Of a stretch of 64,000 nucleotides of DNA, positions 1 to 8,197 are shown piece by piece. The DNA comes from a bacterium. Lineage in GTDB: Bacteria; Bacillota_I; Bacilli_A; RFN20; CAG-826. Location: positions 97,489-161,488 of the forward strand of contig CAVJPU010000002.1 in the NCBI GenBank assembly GCA_963651445.1, given 5' to 3'. Within the stretch, counting starts at the first letter, position 1. Every line of letters begins with the position of its first letter. The notes below the pieces were generated by a model. That model searched no databases. It was not told the origin of the DNA and saw only the letters and a list, made by a program, of their open reading frames with translations. The translations under genes were made by a program, and so were the position numbers.

Positions 1-1
1 T

Positions 2-328
2 AGCCCTGTAGAATATGTTATTGCAGGTGTTAAAGATTATTACGGCGACAATGAATTAGTCGGTTCATTATTCTATGCTCCATATTCGGTTTATGAAGAA
101 GGTGATCCAGAAGAACATATTGGTGCATTTACAGTTATTAATGATTATGAATCATTACAACCACATGTTGCATTAATGGTCCGTTATGCTCTTTCCGTTA
201 ATCCGTACACAATGGGTTTAACTGACGACCAAGCACGTGTAATCGATTCTACAGATCTTGATAATTTTGTAGGCCAATCACAAATGTCTATGTACTTAGG
301 TTTAAAACTACCAGCAACAGTAAATTAA
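2..328 (+). CDS. 3' end of a late structural gene, gp23/gp24-family capsid protein (probably head vertex gp24, by position next to hoc)
   Basis: Frame is open from the window edge to TAA at 326-328 (...HVALMVRYALSVNPYTMGLTDDQARVIDSTDLDNF...LKLPATVN*). A palindromic terminator follows. T4 order is 24-hoc-inh-uvsW. Confidence 0.45.
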   Translation, partial: SPVEYVIAGVKDYYGDNELVGSLFYAPYSVYEEGDPEEHIGAFTVINDYESLQPHVALMVRYALSVNPYTMGLTDDQARVIDSTDLDNFVGQSQMSMYLGLKLPATVN

Positions 329-338
329 TAGATACAAA

Positions 339-362
339 AATGGGACTCAATTGAGTCCCATT
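339..362. terminator. Palindromic bidirectional intrinsic terminator AATGGGACTCAATTGAGTCCCATT flanked by A-run/T-run (copy 1 of 3)
   Basis: Perfect hairpin between convergent genes (capsid gene end on + strand, hoc end on - strand). A-tract lies 5' and T-tract 3', so it can work on both strands. Confidence 0.8.
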
Positions 363-364
363 TT

Positions 365-3300
365 TTATTTCAATTCGGATAACAATAAGATATACCCATT
401 TCTAGATTCTTGAATCTCTATATCTTCCCATGTATTAACATTTTTAGATAACGCTACAAGAACTCTAGGGTATTCAAATCTAGCATTAGTCGGATCAGCG
501 ATCCAATTAAAGCCATCATTTTTAGCACGTTGGATCTCATCAAGAATCCACCACCCCATCCATAAGAATCCTCTATCGCGCCCAGGTCTTAAATCGTGTA
601 TGTACACGTCATCCGACACTGGTGGTTGTGGAGTAGGATTATCACTAACGGTAACAATACACGGGCTAGATACATTTGAATCACCAGAAATAGTGACTTT
701 TAACGTATACGATCCGGTATCGGATGGCTCAGAATTGGCCTTTGTAAAGTTTTTGTTGGTTTGACCTACAACTTCGGCTCCATTTTTATACCATTGATAT
801 GTAGCGCCTTCAGAAGGAGTTACAGTAGAAACAATATTAATAGATGTGCCTGTTTTGTAGATTTGATTTGCGGGTAATTTAACATCTATTGGTGTAACAT
901 CAGCTACAGTAAACACGTGAGCAGGCGAAACTCTACTTATCGTTGGATCGATTTTCGAGAATATCTTATACGTATAAGTACCACCAGCATCTTTAGCGGC
1001 ATAAACACGAATAGAAGCACCGGTTCCTAATATTGTAGTTCCACGATACCATTCATACGTGTAGTTATCAACATCCAAAGTGTTAGAATCACGTGTACTG
1101 TCTGTTAAAGATAAATCAGCATGGAAAGTAACTCTATCTCCTAATTTTGCAGCATTTGGGCCATCTAATGCCAACGTCAAGTCTTCTACTGCGGTAACAC
1201 CCTTAATATTGACAATATTACTTTGGACATAATCATTTATGTATTGTTCATCGGTTGATTTTGCAATAACATAATAAATTGTGTCACCAACATCAACAGG
1301 ATTTATAATTGATGCATTAGATAACCCGTCAAGTTTAACCCCGTTGGCATACCATTCCCATGACAAGTTTATCGGATGGTAATCAGAAACAAATGAAAAG
1401 TATATTGTATTGGCCTTACCATCAGCCACAACAAACGATTCCGGTATTATTTTTAATGACAAATGCGGATTTCGTTTAACCACCAGTGTTTTAGCAATAG
1501 TTTGTTTTGTAGTTGCAGAAAATCCAGTAGCCGATGCGGTAACACTTAATTTATACGATCCACTATCATTTGCATATGATGCATTGGTAATGTATAAATC
1601 TTTATTAGTTGCACCAACAATTCCTGCGCCATCTTTATACCATTGATACTCATATACTATGCCGGATGTAGGATTAGTAGCATTTACAGTTCCTAATAAT
1701 GCGGTAGAACTACCTTCAGCCACAGGAACAATTATTGTACTAACCGTAAATGATATATTAGGATTAGCCGATAACGAAACGGTAACAATCTCCGAGATAT
1801 ATGTTCTTGTTGCAGGACCATCTGTGTACGTTACTTCAAAATGATATGCACCTAAATCCGCTTCAGTAACACTAGCAATGGTGTGAGAATACGTTAATGC
1901 TTTACCCCATTCTTCTACAACGGTCGTTCCATGCATTAATACACATTTAGAAATTGTGTTTGTAGGTATTGTAACAGAACCCATTATTACTACAGAACTT
2001 CCCAATGTTGCAGAAGGATTATCAACTAATACAGACATTGTTAATTCATTTTCTGTTGGGACATCTAGCACAAATGGGTTTGACGTGATTTTTATAAAGG
2101 AATCGGTTGCATGTGGAGTTGCCGGCCACATTGTGTAATCAACGGTATAAGTACCATTATTGTCGGCGGATGCACTATCAATTGTTAGGGTATTGCCTAC
2201 TTGATTAGTTAAAACAACACCATCCTTTTTCCAAACATAGTCCACACTCGCTACTTGCTCAATGATGGCGTTTTCAACATTAGAAATAATTTCTATTTTT
2301 TCTCCTGCTGCAATTTCTGATACCGTAGAAATTGTAATTTTCTCGCCGCCTGTTTTAATCAATGGCGCAACGTAGATTTCACTCATCATTTGAGGTTCAT
2401 AATACGCTTCAACTAAATTTTTGTTAACATACCATTTAGCAGGTGATGAAACATAATATTGAAATGGATTATTTAATACTGTTGATAAGTCTTGGATATA
2501 TCTAACTACGCCATTACCGATATAAACAGGACGGCCCGCTGGACCTTGGAATGTTCCAAATAATATAAAATCATCTGTTATCGTAGCTGGGTCATATAAC
2601 TTTAAGTCGTAATACGGTTTAGAGACATCAAGTGGTGGCATTGATAAAATAGGAAACGTGCTTTTAGGCAATTGATTAATCGTACAATTCACCGCCGTCA
2701 TTGTAGGTAAATCAATTGAATCTACATGCCCATATGGATTACTCAACACAACATTTCGTTTTACTAAATCCCCTGGTTTAACTTCTTCACTAGCAGCCAA
2801 ATTAGAAATGTGTGTTTCGGCATTTGTGCTTTCATCATTTAAGTCAAAAGATAAATTTGATGAGGTGTTTAGTTGATAGTCCGTTGTTCCATTAATATAA
2901 GAAGTATATGCCGTAGGTGCGTTATACGCCGCATCAGCAGGATACCATGAGTACGCAGGATTAGTTTCTGTATAAATCGTATTAATTAATGGTGATGATG
3001 TAATAGTCCCGTAATAGTTCATTTGAGTTTGCAATGTCGAACTAGGATATTTTAACGTAGGATTACCCAATGCGGTAACAAATGGATTATACGAAGTTAT
3101 TTCACTAATGTCATTACCGATGTATCTAATGTCATGTCCTAAATATGATGTTAGCGTATGTACATCAGAAGCATCTAATAAATTTTTAATTTTTAGTTCT
3201 GCCAACACAGTTTTTAATTTGTGGTGGTCAGGCGGAATAGACATATAATTTAATGTTATTTGAGCATTGCCAACTAATTGTTCTTGGCCAATAGTATCAT

Positions 3301-3820
3301 CAAAAAGAACAAATCCGGTTTCTTCCTCGTATATCTTAATAGTCTCTATTGAATAATAATTTGTCAAACTATCCCAGGTTGTTGATCTAGGCATTATTGT
3401 CATAGAATCATAATTAAGATTGATATCACTAGCCGGTACCAATTGGAAAATAGGTGCATCGGTAATAGCGATTATATCCAAGAACTTAACCGTATCTGTG
3501 ACAACCCATTCCGCAGAAGGATTTAGTGTTGGATCTTCTTGATACACTCTAAAGTGACAAGTGTCTTGGTCGGTATAATCCATAAATGCTGAAAGTATAC
3601 CGGAAGTTGTTGATGTTTGCGATGGGCGATACATTTGACCTTTTAGAGGTTTGCCGTATTGCACTCCGTTCTTGTATTGAACGTACCAATATGAATAGTA
3701 CATTGGAACTGGGTCCAAACCGGTGACTGTAAACAGCACCGATAAGTATTGTGTAGAAAATTTTGGATATCTACTAGTTGGTATCCATGGTCGGAATTCT
3801 ACTTTGGTTATATTCATCAA
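365..3820 (-). CDS. hoc: Hoc-like outer capsid decoration protein, greatly expanded (1151 aa)
   Basis: Repeated Ig-like modules carry the Y-x-W-Y/K-x-(D/N)-G motif (DYVWKKDGVVL, YEYQWYKDGAGI, LSWEWYANGVKL, YTYEWYRGTTIL, ATYQWYKNGAEV). The C-terminal WMGWWILDEIQ segment resembles the Hoc capsid-binding end. Position matches T4 hoc. SD AAGGA lies before the ATG. Confidence 0.6.
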   Translation of the reverse strand: MMNITKVEFRPWIPTSRYPKFSTQYLSVLFTVTGLDPVPMYYSYWYVQYKNGVQYGKPLKGQMYRPSQTSTTSGILSAFMDYTDQDTCHFRVYQEDPTLNPSAEWVVTDTVKFLDIIAITDAPIFQLVPASDINLNYDSMTIMPRSTTWDSLTNYYSIETIKIYEEETGFVLFDDTIGQEQLVGNAQITLNYMSIPPDHHKLKTVLAELKIKNLLDASDVHTLTSYLGHDIRYIGNDISEITSYNPFVTALGNPTLKYPSSTLQTQMNYYGTITSSPLINTIYTETNPAYSWYPADAAYNAPTAYTSYINGTTDYQLNTSSNLSFDLNDESTNAETHISNLAASEEVKPGDLVKRNVVLSNPYGHVDSIDLPTMTAVNCTINQLPKSTFPILSMPPLDVSKPYYDLKLYDPATITDDFILFGTFQGPAGRPVYIGNGVVRYIQDLSTVLNNPFQYYVSSPAKWYVNKNLVEAYYEPQMMSEIYVAPLIKTGGEKITISTVSEIAAGEKIEIISNVENAIIEQVASVDYVWKKDGVVLTNQVGNTLTIDSASADNNGTYTVDYTMWPATPHATDSFIKITSNPFVLDVPTENELTMSVLVDNPSATLGSSVVIMGSVTIPTNTISKCVLMHGTTVVEEWGKALTYSHTIASVTEADLGAYHFEVTYTDGPATRTYISEIVTVSLSANPNISFTVSTIIVPVAEGSSTALLGTVNATNPTSGIVYEYQWYKDGAGIVGATNKDLYITNASYANDSGSYKLSVTASATGFSATTKQTIAKTLVVKRNPHLSLKIIPESFVVADGKANTIYFSFVSDYHPINLSWEWYANGVKLDGLSNASIINPVDVGDTIYYVIAKSTDEQYINDYVQSNIVNIKGVTAVEDLTLALDGPNAAKLGDRVTFHADLSLTDSTRDSNTLDVDNYTYEWYRGTTILGTGASIRVYAAKDAGGTYTYKIFSKIDPTISRVSPAHVFTVADVTPIDVKLPANQIYKTGTSINIVSTVTPSEGATYQWYKNGAEVVGQTNKNFTKANSEPSDTGSYTLKVTISGDSNVSSPCIVTVSDNPTPQPPVSDDVYIHDLRPGRDRGFLWMGWWILDEIQRAKNDGFNWIADPTNARFEYPRVLVALSKNVNTWEDIEIQESRNGYILLLSELK

Positions 3821-3841
3821 CTATCCTTTTTAAAAAGGGTT

Positions 3842-4450
3842 TTAGGTCAGTGTAACAAATCGGGAATTTCTTGTTTCTCTAACTACTACGCTTCCATCCC
3901 GTTTAATGTAGTAAATTAGACTTTTAATGACATCAATGTTTGCTTGGCCACGTGGAAAACTTTCTGGGATTTCTTTCCAATTCTCATTTTCTAGAATCCA
4001 TGCGTAAATCCACCACTGAAGTGTATAAAATCCTGGTGTTGGGCCTATCAGCGAAAACACCGGAGAAAATTCTTTAGGCAATTCATATTGTACTTCTTGC
4101 GCAGTATTTTCTTCTATGCCTTCGATCTGATCGACAATTTCTGGTTCTTTTGGTTGTTTGACGACTTCTTCAACTAAGTCTTCTTTTGGTTTTTCGGCTT
4201 CTAGTTTTTCTTCTAACAAATTATCTTGTTCTGCATCCATCAATTCGGAAATTGACATGCCGCCTTGATCTTCAGGTAAAGGCTCATTGGCTAATTCTGT
4301 TAATTTATCAGAAAGGTCTGATACCATATTGTCAAACGATTTTGTTTTCTTTAATTGAATGTCAAATTGTTCTGCATATTTAGCCAGCTTTTCTTTAGAT
4401 TCTCTAATGTCAAGTTGTTTAATCTCTTCGATGTAGTTTGTATCTATCAT
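3842..4450 (-). CDS. Hypothetical acidic protein in the position of T4 inh
   Basis: 202-aa ORF directly upstream of hoc on the same strand, with a late promoter motif upstream. Function is suggested by synteny only. Confidence 0.55.
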   Translation of the reverse strand: MIDTNYIEEIKQLDIRESKEKLAKYAEQFDIQLKKTKSFDNMVSDLSDKLTELANEPLPEDQGGMSISELMDAEQDNLLEEKLEAEKPKEDLVEEVVKQPKEPEIVDQIEGIEENTAQEVQYELPKEFSPVFSLIGPTPGFYTLQWWIYAWILENENWKEIPESFPRGQANIDVIKSLIYYIKRDGSVVVRETRNSRFVTLT

Positions 4451-4481
4451 AATAGTCTCACAAAGGAATGTTGTATTATCT

Positions 4482-4493
4482 TATTTATAAATA
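4482..4493. promoter_or_regulatory. Back-to-back T4-type late promoters, TATTTATAAATA
   Basis: TATAAATA on + strand (4486-4493) lies 30 nt before the uvsW ATG. TATAAATA on - strand (4482-4489) lies upstream of the 4450 ORF/hoc. Confidence 0.65.
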
Positions 4494-4522
4494 ACTATAT
4501 CAAGTTGTTGGTAATTTACGAT

Positions 4523-6028
4523 ATGAGCGATATTAATGTACACTTTTATGATTATAGTTATGTAAAAATTGCCACAAAATCTAAAGGGCTAATTTTTGAA
4601 CTAAGAGACCATTTTGCATTTTATGCAGAAGGATATCAGTTTTCACCAAAATTTATGTATGGCGACTGGGATGGTAAAGTAAAATTACTTAACACAGATG
4701 ATCTTTTACCATTCGGCCTTTTGGATGCATTATGCAAATACGCATCAAGTAATATGTTGTCAATTTCTATCCACAATGATATTGCGCATAAAAATACTAT
4801 AACACGTGACGAATTGACCGCATGGGTCGACTCTAAAAAATATTATTCTGGCGGTAATGAAATTTACCCATATTGGTATCAATTAGATGCGGTATATGAA
4901 TCGTTAACCAATAAACGTCGAATTCTTAATTTGCCGACATCTGCCGGTAAATCAATGATCCAAGCACTATTAACTAAATTTACATTAGAACATTCTGATA
5001 AATCAGTATTAATTTTAGTTCCAACAGTTTCATTAGTGACTCAAATGAAAGACGATTTTGTGGATTATGGTCTTTTTGAGCCTGATGAGATTGCTGAAGT
5101 TATGGCGGGCAAAGCGCAAAAGCACCAACGTGTTGTTGTATCAACATGGCAATCTGCTATCAAAAAATCTAAAGATTGGTTCAATCAATTTGGTATGCTT
5201 TTATGCGACGAAATGCATTTAGCTATTGGTAAATCTATTTCTACCATTATTAATAAACTAACATATTGCGAATACAAAATAGGATTGTCTGGGTCATTGA
5301 GAGATGGTAAAGCCAATTTAATGCAATATGTTGGCTTATTTGGTGGAATTTATAATCCAGTAAAAACCAAAGATTTGATGGAAGAAGGACAAATAGCTAA
5401 GCTAAAAATTAATGTGCTTATGCTAAAATATCCAGAAAAAGTATCCACAGCTATTTCTAACACAGACTATGCAACAGAAATAAAATTTATTACATCTTTG
5501 AACAAAAGAACAGCATGGATATCTCGTTTGGCGGTCACATTAGGCAAACGAAATGAAAACGTCTTTGTTATGTTTAAACACATAGAACACGGCAAACAAA
5601 TTCTCAATAGTATTAAAGAATTGGGATATGAAAAAGTGTATTATGTTTCTGGGGAAATTTCCCCAGAACAACGAACATTTCTTAAGAAAATGGCTGAAGA
5701 ACAATCGGGTGTAATTATCATTGCATCATACGGTGTATTTTCTACAGGTATTTCTGTAAAAAATCTTCACCATGTCATTTTTGCTCACGGCGTAAAATCT
5801 AAAGTTATTGTGCTTCAAACTATTGGACGTGTACTTAGAAAGCATAAAACAAAAAGTACTGCAACAGTATGGGATTTGGTAGACGATATGTCAATAACCA
5901 AAGAATCCCAAGGTATAAAACGACGAGTAAATGTCAATTACTGTTTAAAGCATGGAATTGATAGACTTGAACGATATGGCCAAGAGCAATTTGATTATGT
6001 AATAAAAGACGTTGACTTTTTAAAATAA
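4523..6028 (+). CDS. uvsW: UvsW RNA-DNA/DNA-DNA helicase (SF2, DExH)
   Basis: Walker A LNLPTSAGKS, DEMH box, C-terminal helicase motifs. Start moved to ATG 4523 (MSDINVHFYDY...) because the upstream 56 codons of the track ORF overlap the divergent gene and promoter region. Confidence 0.9.
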   Translation: MSDINVHFYDYSYVKIATKSKGLIFELRDHFAFYAEGYQFSPKFMYGDWDGKVKLLNTDDLLPFGLLDALCKYASSNMLSISIHNDIAHKNTITRDELTAWVDSKKYYSGGNEIYPYWYQLDAVYESLTNKRRILNLPTSAGKSMIQALLTKFTLEHSDKSVLILVPTVSLVTQMKDDFVDYGLFEPDEIAEVMAGKAQKHQRVVVSTWQSAIKKSKDWFNQFGMLLCDEMHLAIGKSISTIINKLTYCEYKIGLSGSLRDGKANLMQYVGLFGGIYNPVKTKDLMEEGQIAKLKINVLMLKYPEKVSTAISNTDYATEIKFITSLNKRTAWISRLAVTLGKRNENVFVMFKHIEHGKQILNSIKELGYEKVYYVSGEISPEQRTFLKKMAEEQSGVIIIASYGVFSTGISVKNLHHVIFAHGVKSKVIVLQTIGRVLRKHKTKSTATVWDLVDDMSITKESQGIKRRVNVNYCLKHGIDRLERYGQEQFDYVIKDVDFLK

Positions 6029-6031
6029 AAA

Positions 6032-6055
6032 AATGGGACTCAATTGAGTCCCATT
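6032..6055. terminator. Palindromic bidirectional terminator AATGGGACTCAATTGAGTCCCATT (copy 2 of 3)
   Basis: Identical 24-nt palindrome to 339-362, between convergent uvsW and the 6066 ORF. Confidence 0.8.
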
Positions 6056-6065
6056 TTAGTATCTA

Positions 6066-6347
6066 CTACATAAGCAGTTCATCACAGTCTTCACAAACTG
6101 TCATAGAAGCAATTTGATTATGGATTCTAACATAAGGATCCTTCCAAATGTCGCAGTTCTCACAAAGAAATGCATATTGTTCTAAAGCATCAGTAAAATT
6201 CTGCGATTCTACAATATCTGTATCAAATCCTAGTTCTTCAACAATAGATCGAAGAGCGCCCTTTTTGCCATGTGCACCATAAGATTCTTGGCAATCTTGA
6301 AGCTCATTTGCAATTTCACGATATTGGTCGTCTGTAGGAAAGATCAT
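6066..6347 (-). CDS. Hypothetical small protein with C-terminal Cys cluster (CENC...CEDC)
   Basis: 93-aa ORF whose start overlaps the stop of the upstream ORF (ATGA-type coupling at 6347). Confidence 0.6.
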   Translation of the reverse strand: MIFPTDDQYREIANELQDCQESYGAHGKKGALRSIVEELGFDTDIVESQNFTDALEQYAFLCENCDIWKDPYVRIHNQIASMTVCEDCDELLM

Positions 6348-6676
6348 TATTTGTACTCCTTTGTGTCTACGTAAAACTCAATGTATGATTCTACGTCTTT
6401 TGAAATTGCATATACGGTAACAACACCACGATCAAAATCAAATGATTTAACTAATAGGCGCTCGCGCCATGGGTCTACGCCCCAACCCCAATCAAATTTA
6501 CGATATGGGCAAACATAATGAACATTACGTTCTTCTATACCATTAAAAATAAAACCAGGTGACCCAACAAATTGAACAACCCATCGTTCAGATGCATTGA
6601 GTACTGTACGCACATCGCAAGTCAATGTCACTTTAGTTGAATCGAAAGAAGTTACTTTAGGCATTTTAATTACCAT
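6347..6676 (-). CDS. Hypothetical protein
   Basis: 109-aa ORF with an early-type promoter upstream. No recognisable motif, and it does not resemble UvsY. Confidence 0.6.
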   Translation of the reverse strand: MVIKMPKVTSFDSTKVTLTCDVRTVLNASERWVVQFVGSPGFIFNGIEERNVHYVCPYRKFDWGWGVDPWRERLLVKSFDFDRGVVTVYAISKDVESYIEFYVDTKEYK

Positions 6677-6695
6677 TTGATTGTTGATAAAAGCT

Positions 6696-6724
6696 ATTCT
6701 ATCATGTTAGAAATTTAATGTAAA
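6696..6724 (-). promoter_or_regulatory. Early (sigma70-type) promoter TTTACA-N17-TAGAAT
   Basis: Minus-strand -35 TTTACA (6719-6724) and -10 TAGAAT (6696-6701) with a 17-nt spacer, upstream of the 6676 ORF. Confidence 0.55.
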
Positions 6725-6730
6725 TAGTTT

Positions 6731-6898
6731 TTAAAGCAATAATTCCGTCTCTGTAATAATATCATTGCTATTTTCGACTACTGGCAATTGTTCAATATGC
6801 TGTAGACATGGCCCAGGATGAACAGGACCTTTTTCTGTTTTAACTACTAATGCTGAATCTATAGGTTGTTTACAAACAACACAAATTGTATTTTCCAT
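6731..6898 (-). CDS. Hypothetical small Cys-containing protein (MENTICVVCKQP...)
   Basis: Start placed at internal ATG 6898, preceded by AAGGA. The 15 upstream codons of the track ORF are two GC-rich hairpins (GTGGCTTCGCCAC, TGGTGCGAAGCACCA) and so are probably leader RNA. Confidence 0.55.
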   Translation of the reverse strand: MENTICVVCKQPIDSALVVKTEKGPVHPGPCLQHIEQLPVVENSNDIITETELLL

Positions 6899-7004
6899 AC
6901 GGATATCCTTTATTATGGTGCTTCGCACCAGTGGCGAAGCCACATATTACTATTATTTAAATTTACTATATTATACATTCAATATATCTAATACATTTAA
7001 AACC

Positions 7005-7067
7005 TCTTCTATCCCTTAGCTTAGGTATTGAATGGAACTAAGGGGTGAACCCATTATATGTATAATA
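7005..7067. repeat. 63-nt exact direct repeat, copy A (partner at 34084-34146)
   Basis: TCTTCTATCCCTTAGCTTAGGTATTGAATGGAACTAAGGGGTGAACCCATTATATGTATAATA is identical at both loci. It contains a 7-bp stem CCCTTAG/CTAAGGG and the palindrome ATTATATGTATAAT. On the minus strand it reads TATAAT followed by a conserved ~50-nt segment. Confidence 0.9.
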
Positions 7068-7096
7068 CATCATTATTTTTGAAAGCACGGGTGCTG

Positions 7097-7104
7097 TATA
7101 AATA
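7097..7104 (+). promoter_or_regulatory. Orphan TATAAATA late-promoter motif pointing antisense into gene 25
   Basis: Exact TATAAATA on + strand. No + strand gene follows for about 1.1 kb. Confidence 0.3.
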
Positions 7105-7130
7105 TACACGTTTAGACGTCTATTTTTTGA

Positions 7131-7526
7131 TCAAGTAACGGATCCATTAAGCTCTAATTTAAGCTGTTCTAATGTATCTGGATTATCTAAAATGCTAAAC
7201 GTAATTGTTACTATGACAGAGTTTCTATCATAGTCTGCATTAACATCGACATTAAGTCTAACAATTCTAGGCTCATATGTTCTAACAGCAGATGTTATGC
7301 TTTTTTCTACTGTACTTGCAGTCAATGGCGTCATATTTTCAAACAAGCTGTCTGTAATATTGCAACCAAAATCAGGATCAAAAGGTCGAGTCCCCTTTTT
7401 AGTCATAATAATTCCTATCAATGAGTTTTTGACCGCTCGTGACCCAACAGCTGAAGCAACATCTTTATTCCAAGCCATGGTTAATTCTGGCGAAATGTCT
7501 TTATACATTTCGTTAATAGTTTGCAT
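7131..7526 (-). CDS. 25: Baseplate wedge subunit gp25 (GPW/gp25 family)
   Basis: Near-colinear match to remembered T4 gp25 (KDVASAVGSRAVKNSLIGIIMTKKGTRPFDPDFGCNITDSLFENMTPLTASTVEKSITSAVRTYEPRI). Confidence 0.95.
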   Translation of the reverse strand: MQTINEMYKDISPELTMAWNKDVASAVGSRAVKNSLIGIIMTKKGTRPFDPDFGCNITDSLFENMTPLTASTVEKSITSAVRTYEPRIVRLNVDVNADYDRNSVIVTITFSILDNPDTLEQLKLELNGSVT

Positions 7527-8170
7527 TATAAAACCTCTAAAAACTCTTTAAACCCAGATATTACATGCACATGTGATTTACCACAGTGTGGGCAGTTAAT
7601 GGCCACCGGTAATATAGGTTTAGGTGCTAATAGTATTTTTTTGATATTATTAATATCATCTTCACTTATAGCCGAGTATAAGTCAGTAATTTCTACATCC
7701 GATAAATCGTCAATAGTAAGGCGCTCGGTACCTACATAAATTGCTTTAATAGACTTTGCAATCATTCCAGGGATATCATCGTCATCCCATAATTTTGGCC
7801 ATTGTAGCTCTATTTTAAATTTTTTAAATGGATAAAATTTAGCTAAATTCGAGTCACCGTAATCAACATATGCATTTTTAACATTGATTTTAACTTTATG
7901 TGACTCACCACAAGTACATGTAAATTCTTGGGTTGGCGTATCTTCGTTCTCACTATTAGCCAATAAATTAATCAAAATTAGCTCTGCATCATGCTTAGCA
8001 AAATCTTTACCATTTGTACTATTTTTAATCAAATTAGAATATGCTTCTTTTAATGGTGATGACGAAGCATTGGTTTTGGCTATTGAAATCGCCAGATACT
8101 CTCTTAATGAGTATGTTTTGCAATCAACAAATCCGTCATTTAATTTGACTTTAAATTTTTTCTCAAACAT
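7526..8170 (-). CDS. 26: Baseplate hub subunit gp26
   Basis: 214 aa, divergent from gene 51 and upstream of 25 as in T4. A late promoter lies upstream. Confidence 0.8.
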   Translation of the reverse strand: MFEKKFKVKLNDGFVDCKTYSLREYLAISIAKTNASSSPLKEAYSNLIKNSTNGKDFAKHDAELILINLLANSENEDTPTQEFTCTCGESHKVKINVKNAYVDYGDSNLAKFYPFKKFKIELQWPKLWDDDDIPGMIAKSIKAIYVGTERLTIDDLSDVEITDLYSAISEDDINNIKKILLAPKPILPVAINCPHCGKSHVHVISGFKEFLEVL

Positions 8171-8197
8171 TTGTCTATCCTTAAAAGGAGTTTAATT

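Noticed and set aside
1410-2138. Plus-strand ORFs 1410-1646, 1659-1844 and 1956-2138 inside the hoc-like gene. Similar antisense ORFs lie inside other large genes, e.g. 8307-8594, 9729-10019, 11899-12153, 12656-13042, 15976-16356, 35821-37581, 40454-40801, 58423-58947 and 62187-62666.
   Set aside because: They lie entirely antisense to, or out of frame within, long ORFs with clear homology. They lack SD sequences and have low-complexity, shadow-ORF composition. Treated as non-coding.
4355-4522. N-terminal 56 codons of the track ORF for uvsW (start 4355).
   Set aside because: This stretch overlaps the divergent gene and the bidirectional late promoter, and translates to junk-like sequence. 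ATG 4523 gives MSDINVHFYDY..., the expected kind of helicase N-terminus.
6899-6943. Upstream ATG 6943 as the start of the small Cys-containing ORF.
   Set aside because: The extra 15 codons are two GC-rich hairpins. ATG 6898 has an AAGGA SD at proper spacing.
7005-7067. The 63-nt repeat as a tRNA or tRNA fragment.
   Set aside because: No cloverleaf can be drawn. The GGGTGAACCC hairpin has a 4-nt loop rather than a 7-nt T-loop, and there is no acceptor or anticodon arm arrangement.
7097-7104. TATAAATA at 7097-7104 as the late promoter of genes 25/26.
   Set aside because: It is on the plus strand, whereas genes 25/26 are on the minus strand and are served by the TATAAATA at 8198-8205. It is kept only as an orphan or antisense motif.
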